From: Stegostoma tigrinum | Taxonomy: Eukaryota | Direction of reading: 5' to 3' | NCBI RefSeq assembly: GCF_030684315.1 | Contig: NC_081397.1 | Span: 10,998,421 to 11,062,420 of the forward strand | DNA length: 64,000 bases | Shown: positions 1-13,680 of the stretch, piece by piece | Position numbering within the stretch: position 1 is the first letter of the stretch | Layout: each line of letters starts with the position of its first letter | The notes under the pieces: generated by a model | What the model was told of the DNA's origin: nothing | Database searches by the model: none | Seen by the model: only the letters and a program-made list of their open reading frames with translations | Position numbers and translations under genes: made by a program

Positions 1-400
1 ATCAATTTCCACCTATAAGTTTCTGGCTTTGAATAGGCAAATGCATTTATCAATGTGTAACAGTCAGTTTTTATTCTGTGAATTTGTGTCTAACAACATT
101 ATTCTTGCTGTCAGTATCTGCAACATAAATGTTAGGCTGCATTTCCCCATCTCTCCAGTCAGATTTTGCTGTGTGAATGGCCAAGTCAAATTATCAGTCC
201 ATGCCTGTCAGTTTCTGTTATTTGAATGTGAATATGTGTTTCATCATCAATTTTCTTTTGTGTGTTTCTGGAATGTGAATGAGTCAGTGTAGGTATCAAT
301 CCGTATCTGTCAGTTTCTACTGTTGTGTATCAATGTGCCTTGATTCTCTTGCAGCCAGTAATATTCTCTGTGAATATGCAACACATTCTGACATAGCTAA
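1..400 (-). repeat. Degenerate ~49-bp tandem repeat array
   Basis: Recurrent ttatcaat...ctgtcagtttctg...gtgaat motifs. Confidence 0.7.
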
Positions 401-1819
401 TAGGGCGTTGAGACTGGATTTTAATCTCTTCGGCATTTTGAGACTTCTTAGTTCGTTATCAGTTGGCAGGATCTAGGAGGGGTCATATAAATGGGGCTGG
501 TTTCCTCTGAGAACCATTCTGAATCAACAAAACAATTTACTGTTTATGTGCTGAGTGTGGGTTTTATATACCGATTGTATCATATGCTGATTCTCTGTCT
601 CAGTACGGGATTTGTTTTTTCAGGTTTCAGTAGTATCAATGAGACATTTAGATTCATTTTTTTTTGTATTGGAGATCGTTAGTGCTCTTTCTTAAAAATT
701 TTGTTTTGCTCCTGTCTGGCTATTTCTATGTTACATTTTTAAACTAATACTCTATACAACAGAATATCATTTACTTCATCACCAGGATGAGAATCAAGAT
801 GAGGTGCAGCGTGGAAGCAGACCATTCAGCCCACTGTGCTTGCACTGGGACATTACATTCTGCACACTAGTTTCCAGTAATTGTTGGAATTGTGAACTTC
901 TTCCACTCACTGCCAGTGTCTGTTAGTGCCAATTTGACATTAGTTCTCCAGTTATCAGCCTGCGAATAGCTGCAGTGCTAGCTTCGTGATGTCTGCAACC
1001 ATCTCAGGTACAGTAGATATTCACTGACTCTGTATGACTGAGGGATTAATATTACACTGACATTTGTCCGTACCATGAGGACTAACATGATTGTGCTGCA
1101 GGGAAGGTTGACATGAACATCAAGCCCTTTGTAGAAAATTGAAACAAAAAATTCAAAGAGATACACAATGTTTCTTGCCAGACTGAAGAAAAAAAAAGAA
1201 ATATTAACTCCTGTAAGGTGAAGAAATGATAAGGGTGAGGATAGCAGTTCCTCTTCAGCCTCAATACATTCATGGAAATAGAATGCTGGCTGATTGGGAT
1301 TTTAAAAGTTGTTCATTGAAAAAAAAGGTGCAGACACAATGGGCTGACGGGCCTTTCTCTTGTGCTGCAGAGTTCTGTAAATTGAGGGTGTTAGTGGAGA
1401 TCATTTTGACTCTATCATTTTCTATGATTTGCAGTGAACACAAAACAATTTAGTTGTTCCACATTGTAACATACACCTTCAGTCAGTCAGAGTGTGTGTG
1501 TGTGTGAGAGTGAGAGGAGGAGAGAATTATTCAAAGGATTAATTCTGTCCTTCTCAGTCACTGATAAACTTCATATAAACATGTTTCATCCACTTTAGTA
1601 ACTCTTGTTGCACGGGTTCTTCCCATTTCTGTACTTAACATCTCACTGAGGTATGGCTGTTGAAACTATGTTACAGCATGATCTATTGTTTGTCTTGATT
1701 GTAACTTTGAAAATGCCCTTATAAAATGCAGATTTAATGCTGTTCCTGAGTGTCTATTTCGGATGACCAATCAGTCTATCCATCTTCAAAACTTGTGTCA
1801 ACGTCAGTGGGCTACATAC

Positions 1820-1901
1820 CTGCTGATTGTTAGCAGTAACTGGTCAGATTTGGCTTTGTACCGAGGAAATACAACATCATCCTGGTCCTTCAAGTATTTG
1901 C
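1820..1901 (-). other. Putative exon 2 of multicopy unit, copy A (82 nt)
   Basis: ttcctccag| ... CAG|gtatgt; in frame with exon 1: CKYLKDQDDVVFPRYKAKSDQLLLTIS. Confidence 0.55.
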
Positions 1902-2379
1902 CTGGAGGAAGTCAATATACAGAAAGTCTGGCCGTATGGAACTAATCAACATAACATCAAGTTCATAATCATTGGGACGTGAGTTTGTTTTTAAAAGAAG
2001 AAAACGAGCAAAATGAACAGAACCAGAGGCTTTATTCCCTGTTCTCCAGATCTGCTCCTTTTCTGGGAATTCTCATGGTACTTTTTTTTCCTGAAATAAT
2101 TCGAAATCAACTGAGTGAGAATCAGAAACTGAGCAACAACTGTACTTTCATACATGGGGCTATCCGAAGAAACAGGCATGCATACACAGTTCAATATCCA
2201 GCTCACAACACACTACCTGTGAAAAGGAAGAACAAAGGGCGCTATTTTAAATGTTTCAGGTGAGAAATGTAACCTGGGGACTCAAATACCTGTCCTTTTC
2301 AGGGTGATAACATGCCTCTAGTCTGTGTTTCCACTGTTCACGGCACTATGTCCAAAAACAGCGCGAAACTGAAGCCGAA

Positions 2380-2775
2380 CAACGAATTTCCATCCCAGTT
2401 TAGAGGATGAACAGCACAAGACTGACCCCACAGCAGCTTCTTGCCGCTGTGTCTCCCTCCGCAGGCCCACACACAGCCCGAGAAAGGCCTCTCTCTCCCG
2501 CCTCCAGGCCGCTCACTCCAAGTTCCGGGACCAGTTCCTGCTCCGCTCCGCCTCTTACCAACAGCCCCCGGTTCTCCCTGAACTGAGCCCGAATCAATGC
2601 CGGTCTCGGAGCCCACTCTGTGTCCCAGACTCACATCTCGATGCGCTGCTGGAAGGAGCCTGCTGTTCCCTTGCTTCCCTGGGCGCTGGTCTCTCCATTG
2701 CGGCCTGTTTCAAACAAACCTCTTCCACTCACTGAGTCAATGGCAGCGCTGGGGGTGGGCCTCACGCATGCGCTC
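2380..2775 (-). other. Conserved GC-rich head of unknown multicopy unit, copy A (putative promoter + exon 1, ATG 2698 to donor after 2635)
   Basis: GCGCATGCGT (NRF1) rc 2764-2773, TGACTCA, TTTGAAA, gccgcaATGG, 21 codons MERPAPREAREQQAPSSSASR then GTGAGT; near-identical to three other copies. Confidence 0.65.
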
Positions 2776-3039
2776 CTCTGGGTTGTGTGTGACAAAGGGA
2801 AATGCAGGGTTGCAGGGAAAAGGCGGTGCGATGGGTCTGGGAGGGGATGCTCTTCAGTGGGTCGGTGTGGAATTTTAGTTGGGCTGAAGTATCTGTTTCC
2901 ACATTGTAGGGATTCTATGGTGATTCTATGAAGCGTGCTGCAGATTAAGCGCATAATTGTGAACTATGTGCCAATGTTTTGTTCTGCTCATGTCACCTCC
3001 CTTACTGTTTTCATAAAGAATAAAAGTTTGAGCATAATT

Positions 3040-3245
3040 TTGAATGCTCCTGTTTCCTCCCGCAGTCCAAAGGTGTGCAAGCTAGGTGGATTGGCTGTGC
3101 TAAATTGCCCGTGGTGCCCAGAGATGTTTAGGTTTGGTGGATTAGACATGAGAAATAAAGGGTAGGGGAATAGGTCTGGGTAGGGTGCTCTTCAGGGGGC
3201 GATGAGGACTTGTTGGGCCAAATGGCCTGGAGCGGTTCTATGTGT
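3040..3245 (+). mobile_element. HE1-like V-SINE fragment
   Basis: tttcctcccgcagtccaaaggtgtgcaagctaggtggattggctgtgctaaattgccc V-domain followed by CR1-like tail; a second tail fragment at ~2800-2932. Confidence 0.65.
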
Positions 3246-3780
3246 GGCAGCATCTTCGAAGGAAAAAGGAACAAAATTAACATTCTGGGTCCAGTGACCT
3301 TTCCGCAGATTTGATGGTGGTTGGGAAAACGTCAGTTTATATGCAGATAAAAGGAGAGTGTGATGGGGTTTGGAATAAATGTTAGGATAAAGCCTAACAG
3401 AGAGAAGAACATTTGGACAGAGTTGATAACGATCAGACTGGGAGGTTGAATAGTAGTTTTTGGGAACTCTTAGTGGGTGGTGGATAATGGCAGGGTATGT
3501 GGTAACAAGGCCTTGTGAGGGGTAGAGGTTAGGCCCAAAAAATATTGATCTCGATACTGGGTCTGGAGGGCTGCAGAGTCCCCAAGTGGAAGATGAGGTA
3601 TTGTTCTTCTAGCTTGTGTTGAGCTTCAATGGAACTCTACAGCAAGACAGAGACAGAGATGTTGGCCTGGAAACGGGGTGGTGCATTAAAGTGGCAGGCA
3701 ACAGGAAGTTCAAGGTCTTTTTTGCAAGCAGAACATAGATGTTGTGCAAAATGATTACCCAGTCTATGCTTTGTTTCACA
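3245..3780 (-). mobile_element. Penelope-like (Neptune-type) retroelement 3' fragment
   Basis: ORF remnant CETKHRLGNHFAQHL...LPVACHFN (GIY-YIG endonuclease C-part); eroded hammerhead-type terminus near 3280-3310. Confidence 0.7.
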
Positions 3781-3864
3781 ACTGGGTGTTTTAAGAGAAT
3801 TTGGACAGTCCTTGTAACTGGGCAAGAATAATGCAGTCATTTCAAAGAAAAAAAATGCCAGCTG

Positions 3865-4500
3865 TGGACATCACTGACTGGTCTGAGCATTGATTGACCC
3901 TCCTGAAATGCCCGTGAGAAGGTGGTAGTGAACTGCCTTCCTGAACCGTTGCAATCTCTGAGCTGTAGGTCGGCCCACATTGCCATTAGTAAGGGAATTG
4001 CAGGATTTTCACGGATTGACACAGACTGAACGGCCAATATACTTCCAAGTCAGGATGGTGAGTGTCTTGGAGAAGATCTTGCAGATCGTGCAGTTCCCAT
4101 GAACCTGCTGCTGCTGTCTTTCAAGATGGAAGTAGTTGTGGGTTTGGTAGGTGCTATCTAATTTTATATTTGAGAGAGTGGATGTTTGTGAATGTGGTGC
4201 CAATTAAACAGGAGCAGCCTTTTCGTGGATAGTACCTTGCTTGCTGTGTGCAGTTGGAGCTGCACTAATACAGGTAATGGGGGCTACAGAGGGGAAACCT
4301 TTACACTCCTGACTTGAATGTTGGAGATTTTGGACAGGTTTGAGAAATCAGGAGGGAAGTTACTTGCTGCAGTATCCATAGCCTTTGCCCTGTTCTTGTA
4401 GCCAATGCATTTATCGGGTGAGTCCGGTTCAATTTGTCCTTCATGGTAGCTCCCAGGATGTTGACAGTGGAGGATACAATGATGCTGAGTCCCAAGTCAA
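3865..4500 (-). mobile_element. Non-LTR LINE 3' fragment (CR1/L2 group)
   Basis: RT C-terminal remnant ILGATMKDKLNRTHPINALATRTGQRLWIL; same family at ~24530-24950 and ~29110-29370. Confidence 0.6.
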
Positions 4501-4628
4501 AGAATGCCTTACTGCACGACTCTGTGACACAGTTTAACACTCACACACTGATCAGACTTGATATAGCCTCCATCCACCCTAACAGCAAGCTCTATCACTA
4601 CAACCCCCGACTACAATCCCAAATCTCT

Positions 4629-5054
4629 CTGGTATTGTATAGGTTAACGTGAGTGATAGTGAACAGAATTGGACATGTTGCACTGACCCTGAGAACAATC
4701 CTCCTGTATTACAGTGGGGTCATCACTATTCCTTCTCCTCTCGGAAAGTCCGTCCGGGCACACACTCACCTTGACAGTGGTTAGCTACATACCCTCCATG
4801 CTGAGAAACTGCACCATCTGTGTGTCTCTGTTTAGTGGAGAACAGCTGATTTCCGGTTGGGATTGATTTTGTACTGTTCACTGTCAGAGCAGGAGGAGCA
4901 AATACAATTGAAAACATTGGAAACGCTCACTGAAGCGAAGGCCAAGCTGAAAACCGAAGTTACCAAGAAAGCAGCAAAGAAATGAACCTGGTATTGTATA
5001 GGTTAACGTGAGTGATAGTGAACAGAATTGGACATGTTGCACTGACCCTGAGAA
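4629..5054 (+). repeat. Perfect 67-bp direct repeat (4629-4695 and 4988-5054)
   Basis: ctggtattgtataggttaacgtgagtgatagtgaacagaattggacatgttgcactgaccctgagaa occurs twice. Confidence 0.95.
4932..4985 (+). pseudogene. H1: Histone H1 3'-end remnant
   Basis: gcgaaggccaagctgaaaaccgaagttaccaagaaagcagcaaagaaatga matches the last ~16 codons and stop of the H1 genes (aaggccaagcccaaagcgaaagtgaccaagaaagcagcaaagaaatga); no stem-loop and no upstream ORF. Confidence 0.85.
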
Positions 5055-5739
5055 TGAACCACGTGGGGTGAGCCTGAGCCAGAGGCAGTCATTGAGGAAT
5101 GTGACATGGCTGTGGAAAGTGAAATGGCTGGATGAAGGGTCTCGACCCAAAATGTCAGCTTTTGAGCTCCTAAGATGCTGCTTGGCCTGCTGTGTTCATC
5201 CAGCCCCACACTTTGGTATGATGGCTGTGGAAATGTCAGTTTCAGTTCCTGTCCATTTCTATTTCACATATTCAGGGAGACAGTAACACTGGCGCAGAAA
5301 CCCCGCTTCACAACACAGTCCCCAAGAAATGATTTTGTCTGATTCACCGGGAGCAATGGAAACTGACTTTGTCGGATTCTACAACATCTGCAGTTCCTGC
5401 TATCTGTGAAATGGAAGCTGACATGCTGTCTTCTGAAAGAAAGGCCAGGACATGGGCTTTTAATTGTTTCACAACTGCTTTTAAAATTGTATCAGTGATA
5501 TCAGCTTTTGTGCTCCTGAGATGCTGCTTGGCCTGCTGTGTTCATCCAGCTTCACACTTTGTCATCTTGCTTTTAAAATATCCAGGTTTTATTATCTTTG
5601 AACATAAGTTTGAGTCTGCAGGTTTTCTGCCGGGCCTTGTGTTCACTGCCCTTGTGGAGAAAAGGTTTAGTTCCAGATCCAGTTGGGGGCGGCAGTAAGC
5701 TGGAGGCGGAGCTGGACATTTCTCTGTTTGTCACTCAGT

Positions 5740-5810
5740 TTTCTGCCCGGGCCGCCCATCACTCCCTGTCAGCTCTTTCTCAGTCAGGTCGGGGCGGACT
5801 GTATAAAAAA
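5740..5810 (+). promoter_or_regulatory. H4 proximal promoter
   Basis: TCAGGTCGGGGCGGAC (H4 site II/HINFP-like plus GC box) immediately before TATAAAAA at 5802. Confidence 0.75.
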
Positions 5811-5855
5811 GGAAGGTGAGGCAGCTCCGCTCTCAGTCAGCAGCGATTGCAGTGA

Positions 5856-6176
<321 letters not shown>

Positions 6177-6206
6177 GCAAATCGTCCCTTTTCCAGCGAA
6201 CCCAAA

Positions 6207-6222
6207 GGCTCTTTTCAGAGCC
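6207..6222 (+). terminator. Histone mRNA 3' stem-loop (H4)
   Basis: GGCTCTTTTCAGAGCC flanked by CCAAA/ACCCA; purine-rich GAGAGC downstream element at ~6240. Confidence 0.97.
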
Positions 6223-6899
6223 ACCCAAACACTCCGATTGAGAGCGGAGACCTGAGGATGGGGAACCAGCACATAGGGCTGGTGCAGCGACATTTAATTT
6301 TGCATCAATCCTTCAGGAAATATATTAACTTCGTGTCCCGCGTTGCAAGAGAGAGAGCGCGATTGTTAAATTATACTGTCTGCAGTAACGTGTTTTATAA
6401 TCAAGATATCCCTACACTACAGATAGAGGTTTCACGGCCAGTCGAGACGATACGGTTCTGCAGCTGGTTATGTCACATACAGAAGGAGCGGCCGGCTCCG
6501 TCATGCGACCATGGCTGATCTGTTTCTCAACCCTAAATCTTTGATTCTCTTCCATGTGAATACCAGTCTATCAGTAATAACACCAGCTGTCCATACCATG
6601 AATAATAATTTGCTCTGTCCGTAATTTTGGGCCCAGGCGCTAATGATACATATTACAGTGTTTGTACTTCATTGACGCTCCCAGGAATGATAATTTGTTC
6701 AGTTTTGATTCTGGTAGCCGTGCCGAGGTTTCAGTGGCGTGTTCATTCCACCTGCCTGTTAGAGATGCGTCAGGAAATGATTCAGAGCCCTCTCCGCGCT
6801 GACTGCAAGTTAGGTTCACAAGAAAATTTTGTAAAGCATAAGATATAATCTTAGGCGCAGGCGCATGGGACTTTTTAATATTTTGTAAGGTCAGGCTGA

Positions 6900-7070
6900 A
6901 ATCGGCGGGCGATTTGAAATTGACCAACTGTCATTTCAAGTTAACCAATCAGCCTCCAATAATTATTTTACTGCCTTTTCTGTCCTTCAGTGGCTGTTTC
7001 TCGGGGATTTGAGGGACGGGACTGTAACCAATCCCAGCTCTAGGGCGGGCTCTCCATTCCCTTAAATAGG
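6900..7070 (+). promoter_or_regulatory. H3 promoter
   Basis: GGCGGGCGATTTGAAA (CDE/CHR-like) at ~6904, CCAAT boxes at 6945, 6956 and 7028, GGGCGG, TTAAATA TATA variant at 7062; conserved in the second H3 copy. Confidence 0.75.
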
Positions 7071-7099
7071 CAGCGCCGCAGCACGATCAGCATTGATAA

Positions 7100-7537
<438 letters not shown>

Positions 7538-7581
7538 ACGGAGCGTGCCCGGCCCTGTACATTCACCCCGAGAAACACAAC

Positions 7582-7597
7582 GGCTCTTTTCAGAGCC
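7582..7597 (+). terminator. Histone 3' stem-loop (H3)
   Basis: GGCTCTTTTCAGAGCC followed by GAGAGAGCAG downstream element. Confidence 0.97.
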
Positions 7598-8298
7598 ACT
7601 AAACTGTCCCGAGAGAGCAGCAATCGTCAGGCACTGGACTTTAGTTAATGTCAACACACAGCATGCTATTGATGTCTCAATGCAACAGGAGTTACAGAAA
7701 ATGAATGGGTCTGGGATGCACGAATTCATATTGAAGACGAGGCAACTCGGGACGATCAAGTTTATAAATTTTCAGTAATCACAACAAATTCAAGTACTGC
7801 ATTCCACCCTTTATAATTGATACATTTCCAAAGGAACCGCCTGTGTGGGAATTGCTTCCCGTGGCGTTTTCCCAGCTGTAACTGAACTTGCCGGAAAAGG
7901 AGGGTGGGAAACAATCCCCAATTTCAAAACCCGCCACATTACACAAATGATTTTTGTAGTTTTGGCCATGCAATCGAAATTTTGCCCAATCTCCCACAAG
8001 TGTATTCGATCCTCTGAGGATGGTCGGTTCTGTCTCGCAGGGCATCTTTCTGGGGCCGAGCTATTCCATGTCTCATGTTCCCTGGATGGGGATACCGCTT
8101 TGAGTCACTATTTAAAGTCGCAGTCGCTGTCCCTGCAGCAAACCCTCCAACTTTATTCGTCCCGTTCTAGTTTTATCACTGTTAAAGCGAGAGCAAAAGG
8201 GATTATTTTTGCGCGTTTAGAGGACCGGGTTTGCACATAAAATGAAAATTAGTTAACCAGCAGTGAAAGTCTAGCTGCTTTTCACTGATGTTGTGGGT

Positions 8299-8314
8299 GG
8301 CTCTGAAAAGAGCC
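8299..8314 (-). terminator. Histone 3' stem-loop (H2A)
   Basis: Reverse complement GGCTCTTTTCAGAGCC ACCCA. Confidence 0.97.
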
Positions 8315-8342
8315 TTTGGGTTGTCAGATTCAATAAGTGTCT

Positions 8343-8980
<638 letters not shown>

Positions 8981-10570
8981 GAAATGGGTAGAAGTTTTAC
9001 AAAGAAGAATGCGTTCTTACTTCAGATAATTTACTTTTAGAATACACCTATATACGTCACACCATCTCTCTCTGATTTCCCGGCCTAGTTGAAACCAACT
9101 ATTTTTGATCTTGAATTCCCCCCACCCCGCGAAAAAACTTAACATTAAGCGGAAGGGGGAATGAAAAGCCCGCCGAAAGTTATTCTCTGCACAGATTGAA
9201 TTTAATTCACATCTACACCCGGATATAATAATCAAAGTATCACACAACTGTTTCTTTCTCGTTGAACTCAATACTGCTTTAAACAATATTTTACAATCGC
9301 TCTCCCTATTGCACAAGATCAACAATATTTCCACTTCTGCGATGCCAGTCCGGCAGCTGTTCTGCTTTCCTCTCGGTTCACTTGGAAATTTTCCCGCCGA
9401 CAGCAGAAAGCCTCATTTATAGCTTTCTGCAAAACCGGATAGAACCCGCGGGGAGATTTGAAAATAAAACAAAATTCCTCTGCGTGGAAACCGTAGGAAA
9501 ATACCGGCGCCAAATCATCAACCGTTTTCTGTCCGATTTGAAAAGCCCGCCAATATGGGCAATACGAGGAAGAGGTTTTACAAGGATTTTTGCGTTTATG
9601 CTTACGATTTAATTTCCTTTCAGTTAAAAATGTTCACTTCACATAATCTCTCTCTGTCACTCCCGAAGCAACACCGTTTTCAGAAAACATTGTAAAATAG
9701 CCCTCAGTTATTGTGCTGGATCAGTCTTTCCGGACGGTCTCGGTTTATTTTGAAAGCCTCTCACCGACAGCAGAAAGCCCCACACACTGCAAACTGAAAA
9801 AAAAATCGGATAAATTCCCTGACAGATTTGGAAATTGAAAAAGGAATCGCGCGGAATTTCTCTTAATGGGACTCAAATAAGAGATCATAATTTTTCATTG
9901 CCACGGGTGAAATCCAGCGTTCTCACCCCCATTGGGACAAATTTGAAAAACCCTCCAACATGTAGGATATAGCGGGAAAAGTTTCACAAAGAGGAATAAA
10001 CAGTTTAATTTTTCTTTGAATTTAATTCAATTTCACATTACAAGTGCACGCTGATGTATTTATAAAAACTTACACAACGTTTTTCGGGGTGAACGGGTTA
10101 AAACTTGAAACAATAGTTTGAAGTTGCCCTCCCATATTGTCCTTGAACACAGTTTCACACTTGCGACTGCAATCCTGGCTCTGGCTTTATCTCAGCTCAT
10201 TTTGAAAGCCTCTCACCGACAGCTGAAATCCTCAATGACAAGTATCCCCCAACATCTGTTCGTGGGACTCGAGCAGTTAGTTTTCTTTCCAGGGGGTGAA
10301 ATTCCTGATCAAGGGGTAAATAATAACTGGAACACATAGGAGTTGTTGAAAAAAAAATGACTGAGTGACGATGAATGTGCTTTCTGTACAGGGAGGGAGG
10401 AGAGACTGGGTAGGAAGGCAACCGAAACTAACCGACAGAGGGACAGGGACCGCACGGTAATGTTTAGAACGTTTGTGTAAACAAAGATAAAGATTAGAGA
10501 CATTAATTATAGATACCGAGAATCATTTACAAACGAAAAATGGTTCAACTGCTTCATTGAAATTGTGGGT

Positions 10571-10586
10571 GGCTCTGAAAAGAGCC
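10571..10586 (-). terminator. Histone 3' stem-loop (H2B)
   Basis: Reverse complement GGCTCTTTTCAGAGCC ACCCA. Confidence 0.97.
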
Positions 10587-10627
10587 GTTGGGTTTTGGAT
10601 GTGTTTTTCTCAGCACAATGTGGGGTC

Positions 10628-11008
10628 TCACTTGGAGCTGGTGTACTTGGTCACCGCCTTTGTACCCTCCGACACGGCGTGCTTGGCCAGCTCCCCGGGC
10701 AGCAGCAGCCGCACCGCGGTCTGGATCTCCCGGGAGCTGATGGTGCTGCGCTTGTTGTAATGGGCCAGGCGGGAAGCCTCCCCCGCGATACGCTCGAAAA
10801 TATCCTTGACGAACGAGTTCATGATGCTCATCGCCTTGGAGGAGATGCCGGTGTCGGGGTGAACCTGCTTCATCACTTTATAGATGTAGATGGCGTAACT
10901 TTCTTTCCTGGATCGTTTCTTTGTCTTGCCGCCTTTCCCCGGCGCCTTCTTGATGATTTTCTTGGCGCCCTTCTTGGAAGTTGCCTGCGCTTTCTTCTCA
11001 TCCGGCAT
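10628..11008 (-). CDS. H2B: Histone H2B
   Basis: [14 protein letters not shown]...[26 protein letters not shown]...TKYTSSK; CAT at 11006-11008. Confidence 0.99.
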   Translation of the reverse strand: MPDEKKAQATSKKGAKKIIKKAPGKGGKTKKRSRKESYAIYIYKVMKQVHPDTGISSKAMSIMNSFVKDIFERIAGEASRLAHYNKRSTISSREIQTAVRLLLPGELAKHAVSEGTKAVTKYTSSK

Positions 11009-11054
11009 CGTGTCGGTCGCTTTCAGATACAATAAACGGAAGCAGGCTCGGAGC

Positions 11055-11175
11055 TCGCTTTTTATAGCCTGACCGCGTCAGCAATGCTCATGAGGGATGG
11101 GGGAAAAGTCTTGTTCCTGATTGGGTAGTTTACAAGAATGTCAGACCATGCGATTAGCCTTTCTGTGATTGGTTA
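11055..11175 (-). promoter_or_regulatory. H2B promoter
   Basis: TATAAAAA (rc 11059-11066), TGACGC CRE-like half site, degenerate octamer ATGAGCAT, CCAAT boxes at rc 11120 and 11168. Confidence 0.7.
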
Positions 11176-11589
11176 GTGTGAAACACAAAGTGGATCTGTT
11201 CGGATCTACAACGAAATGTGAAACACAAACCGAAATTTTGTACACGGACCAAATTCCTAGCTCCTTGCAGTTGAACTTGTTCCTGTCATCCACTAACATT
11301 TTGAACACTACCTCCGAGATTTTAATTGTGACAGGGTGTTTTATTCTGCTCATAGTAATCTTTTGTGAGTGAAATGTTACCTTGTTTCATCACTAGCTGA
11401 GATTTCCTTATTAGGCTGTGGGCAGGATTGTATTGTTCAGACATTCGGGTTTATTGAGGGACACTTTGCCGAATATCTGTCAGTCTCTGCATTATGAGAA
11501 TGGGAGTGCAGTTCTCGATCTGTCCCTGTCTGTTTAGGCAGTATGAATGATGATTATTCTCTCATAAATCAGTCCCCGTCATACAGTCC

Positions 11590-11940
11590 GAGAGATGTAC
11601 AGGGTCCACCTCGTCCATGGAGAGCACATATCCGAGATTAATCTAGTTCCATTTACTAGCATTTGGTCCATATCCCACGAAACACTTCCTATTCATATAC
11701 TCATCCACATGCCTTTAAAACGTTGTAGTTGTCAGAGCCTCCAGCACTTCTTTTGGCATTCAACCCATTCACACACCACTCTGTGTGCAAATATTGCACA
11801 CCTTTGGTTCATTTTAAGACTTTCCCAGTCACTTAAACCCATGCCCTCTCATTTTGCATTCTTCTATCCTGGGGAAAAGATCTTGATTATGCACCCTTTC
11901 CACACCACTAAATTTTATAAACACAGCCTCCAACACTCCG
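11590..11940 (-). mobile_element. CR1 LINE 3' end fragment
   Basis: Same tail family as 24965-25400. Confidence 0.55.
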
Positions 11941-13680
11941 GGCACGGTTTCATCAAGGGGAAGTCATGCCTGGCAAATCTGCTTAAATCCTTTAAGGAAG
12001 TAACAAGCAGGGTAGACCAAGGAGAGCCAATGGATGTTATCTACCTGGGCTTCGAAAAGCCCCTTGGCAAGCTGCCGCACAGGAGGCTGTTGAGTAACAT
12101 AAGGGCCCATGGTGCGAGCATGGATAGAAGATTGGCTGCCTGGCAGAAAGCAGAGAGTGGGGATAAAAGGCATGCTTTATACATTAATGATCTGGATGAA
12201 GGAACTGTTTGCATTCTGACTACATTTGCAGATGATACAACAATAGGTAGAGTGACAGGTAGTATTGAGGTGCTGAGGCTGCACTATGAAATGGACAGGT
12301 TAGGTGAGTGGGCAAAGAAGTGGTAGATGGAGTACAATGTGGGAAAGTGTGAGGTCATGCACTTGGCTAAGGAGAATAAAAGCATGAGAGATAATGATAA
12401 CTGCAGATGCTGGAGAATCCGAGATTAAAAAAAAAGTGTGGAGCTGGATGAACACAGCAGGCCAAACAGCATCTCAGGAGCACAAAAGCTGACGTTTCGG
12501 GCCGAGACCCTTGATCAGAAATGTGGGAGGGGGAAGAGGGCTCTGAAATAAATAGGGACAGACTGGGAGGTGGATCAAAGATGGATAGAGGAGGAGGTAG
12601 GTGGAGGGGAATCTAGAGTTGCAGTGGTGTAGAGATCCCCTGAGGTTTGTCCAGATTCTCCAGCATCTGCAGTCACCATTATCTCTGATACAATTTTAAC
12701 TTCACTGCAAAGCGTCTTCCAGGGATGCCTGACCTGAAGAAGTTACCATCCTCCCTCCAGAATAAAAGCATAGACTCTTTTCTAAATGGGCAGAAAATTC
12801 AGAAGTCTTGTGTACAAAGAGACTTGGGAGTTCAACTCCAGGAATCTCTCACGGTAAACTCACAGTTTGAGTCAGTAGTCAGGAAGGCAACTGCAATACT
12901 GGCATTTATTTTGCCAGGACTTCAAGGCAGAGATTGACAAATTCTTGATCTCACAAGGAATCAAGGGCTACAGGGAGAGTGCAGGGAAGTGGAGTTGAAA
13001 TGCCCAGCCTTGATTTAAATGGTGGAATGGGCTTGATGGGCCGAATGGCCTTACTTCCACTCCTATGACTTATGGTCTTGAAGACGTTTAAAAAAAAAAG
13101 GATGTGCTTATGAGGCTTTGGAAGACTCGAGTCAGGCCACATTTGAAGTAGCATGTGCAGTTTTGGGCCCCATATCTCAGGAAGGATGTACTGCCCCTGG
13201 AGCAGGTTCAGAGGAGGTTCACGGGAATGGTCCCAGGAATGAAAAGCTGAACATATGAGCAATGTTGAGGATTCTGGGACTGTACTCTTTGGAGTTTAGA
13301 AGGATGATAATCAAAACTTAGACTACTGAATGCCTGGACAGAGTGGATGTTGGGAAGATCCTTCCATTGGTAGGAGAGACTAGGACCCAAGGGCACAGCC
13401 TTCAAGTAAAGGGAAGACATTTTAGAACAGAGATAAGGAGAAACTTCTTCAGCCAGAGAGTGCTGAATCAATGGAATTCACTGCCACAGAAGGCTGTGGA
13501 GGCCGGGTTATTGTGTACATTTAAGGGTGAGATAGATAGGTTTTTGATTATCAAGGGGATCAAGGTTATGGGGAGAAGGCAGGAGAATTGGCTAAAGGAA
13601 CGTCTCAGTCATGATTGAATGGCGGAGCAGACTTGATGGGCCAAATAGCCTGATTTCGGCTCCTATGTCTTATGGTCATA
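11940..13680 (+). mobile_element. Degenerate CR1 LINE (ORF2 RT to 3' tail), with nested Penelope-terminal insertion ~12390-12760
   Basis: HGFIKGKSCLANL...MDVIYL...LYINDLD...FADDT; RNFFSQRVLNQWNSLP; atggcct tail. Confidence 0.9.

Noticed and set aside
1075-1127. Possible exon 3 of copy A (ttttctacaaag|...ATG|gtacgg on the minus strand)
   Set aside because: Weak splice sites, immediate stop codon, and not found in other copies
2338-2954. ORFs of 65-156 aa overlapping the conserved head (e.g. MPVSEPTLCPRLTSRC..., MSQTHISMRCWKEP...)
   Set aside because: Recur only because the DNA is conserved; they run toward the NRF1 promoter motifs and end at different places in each copy
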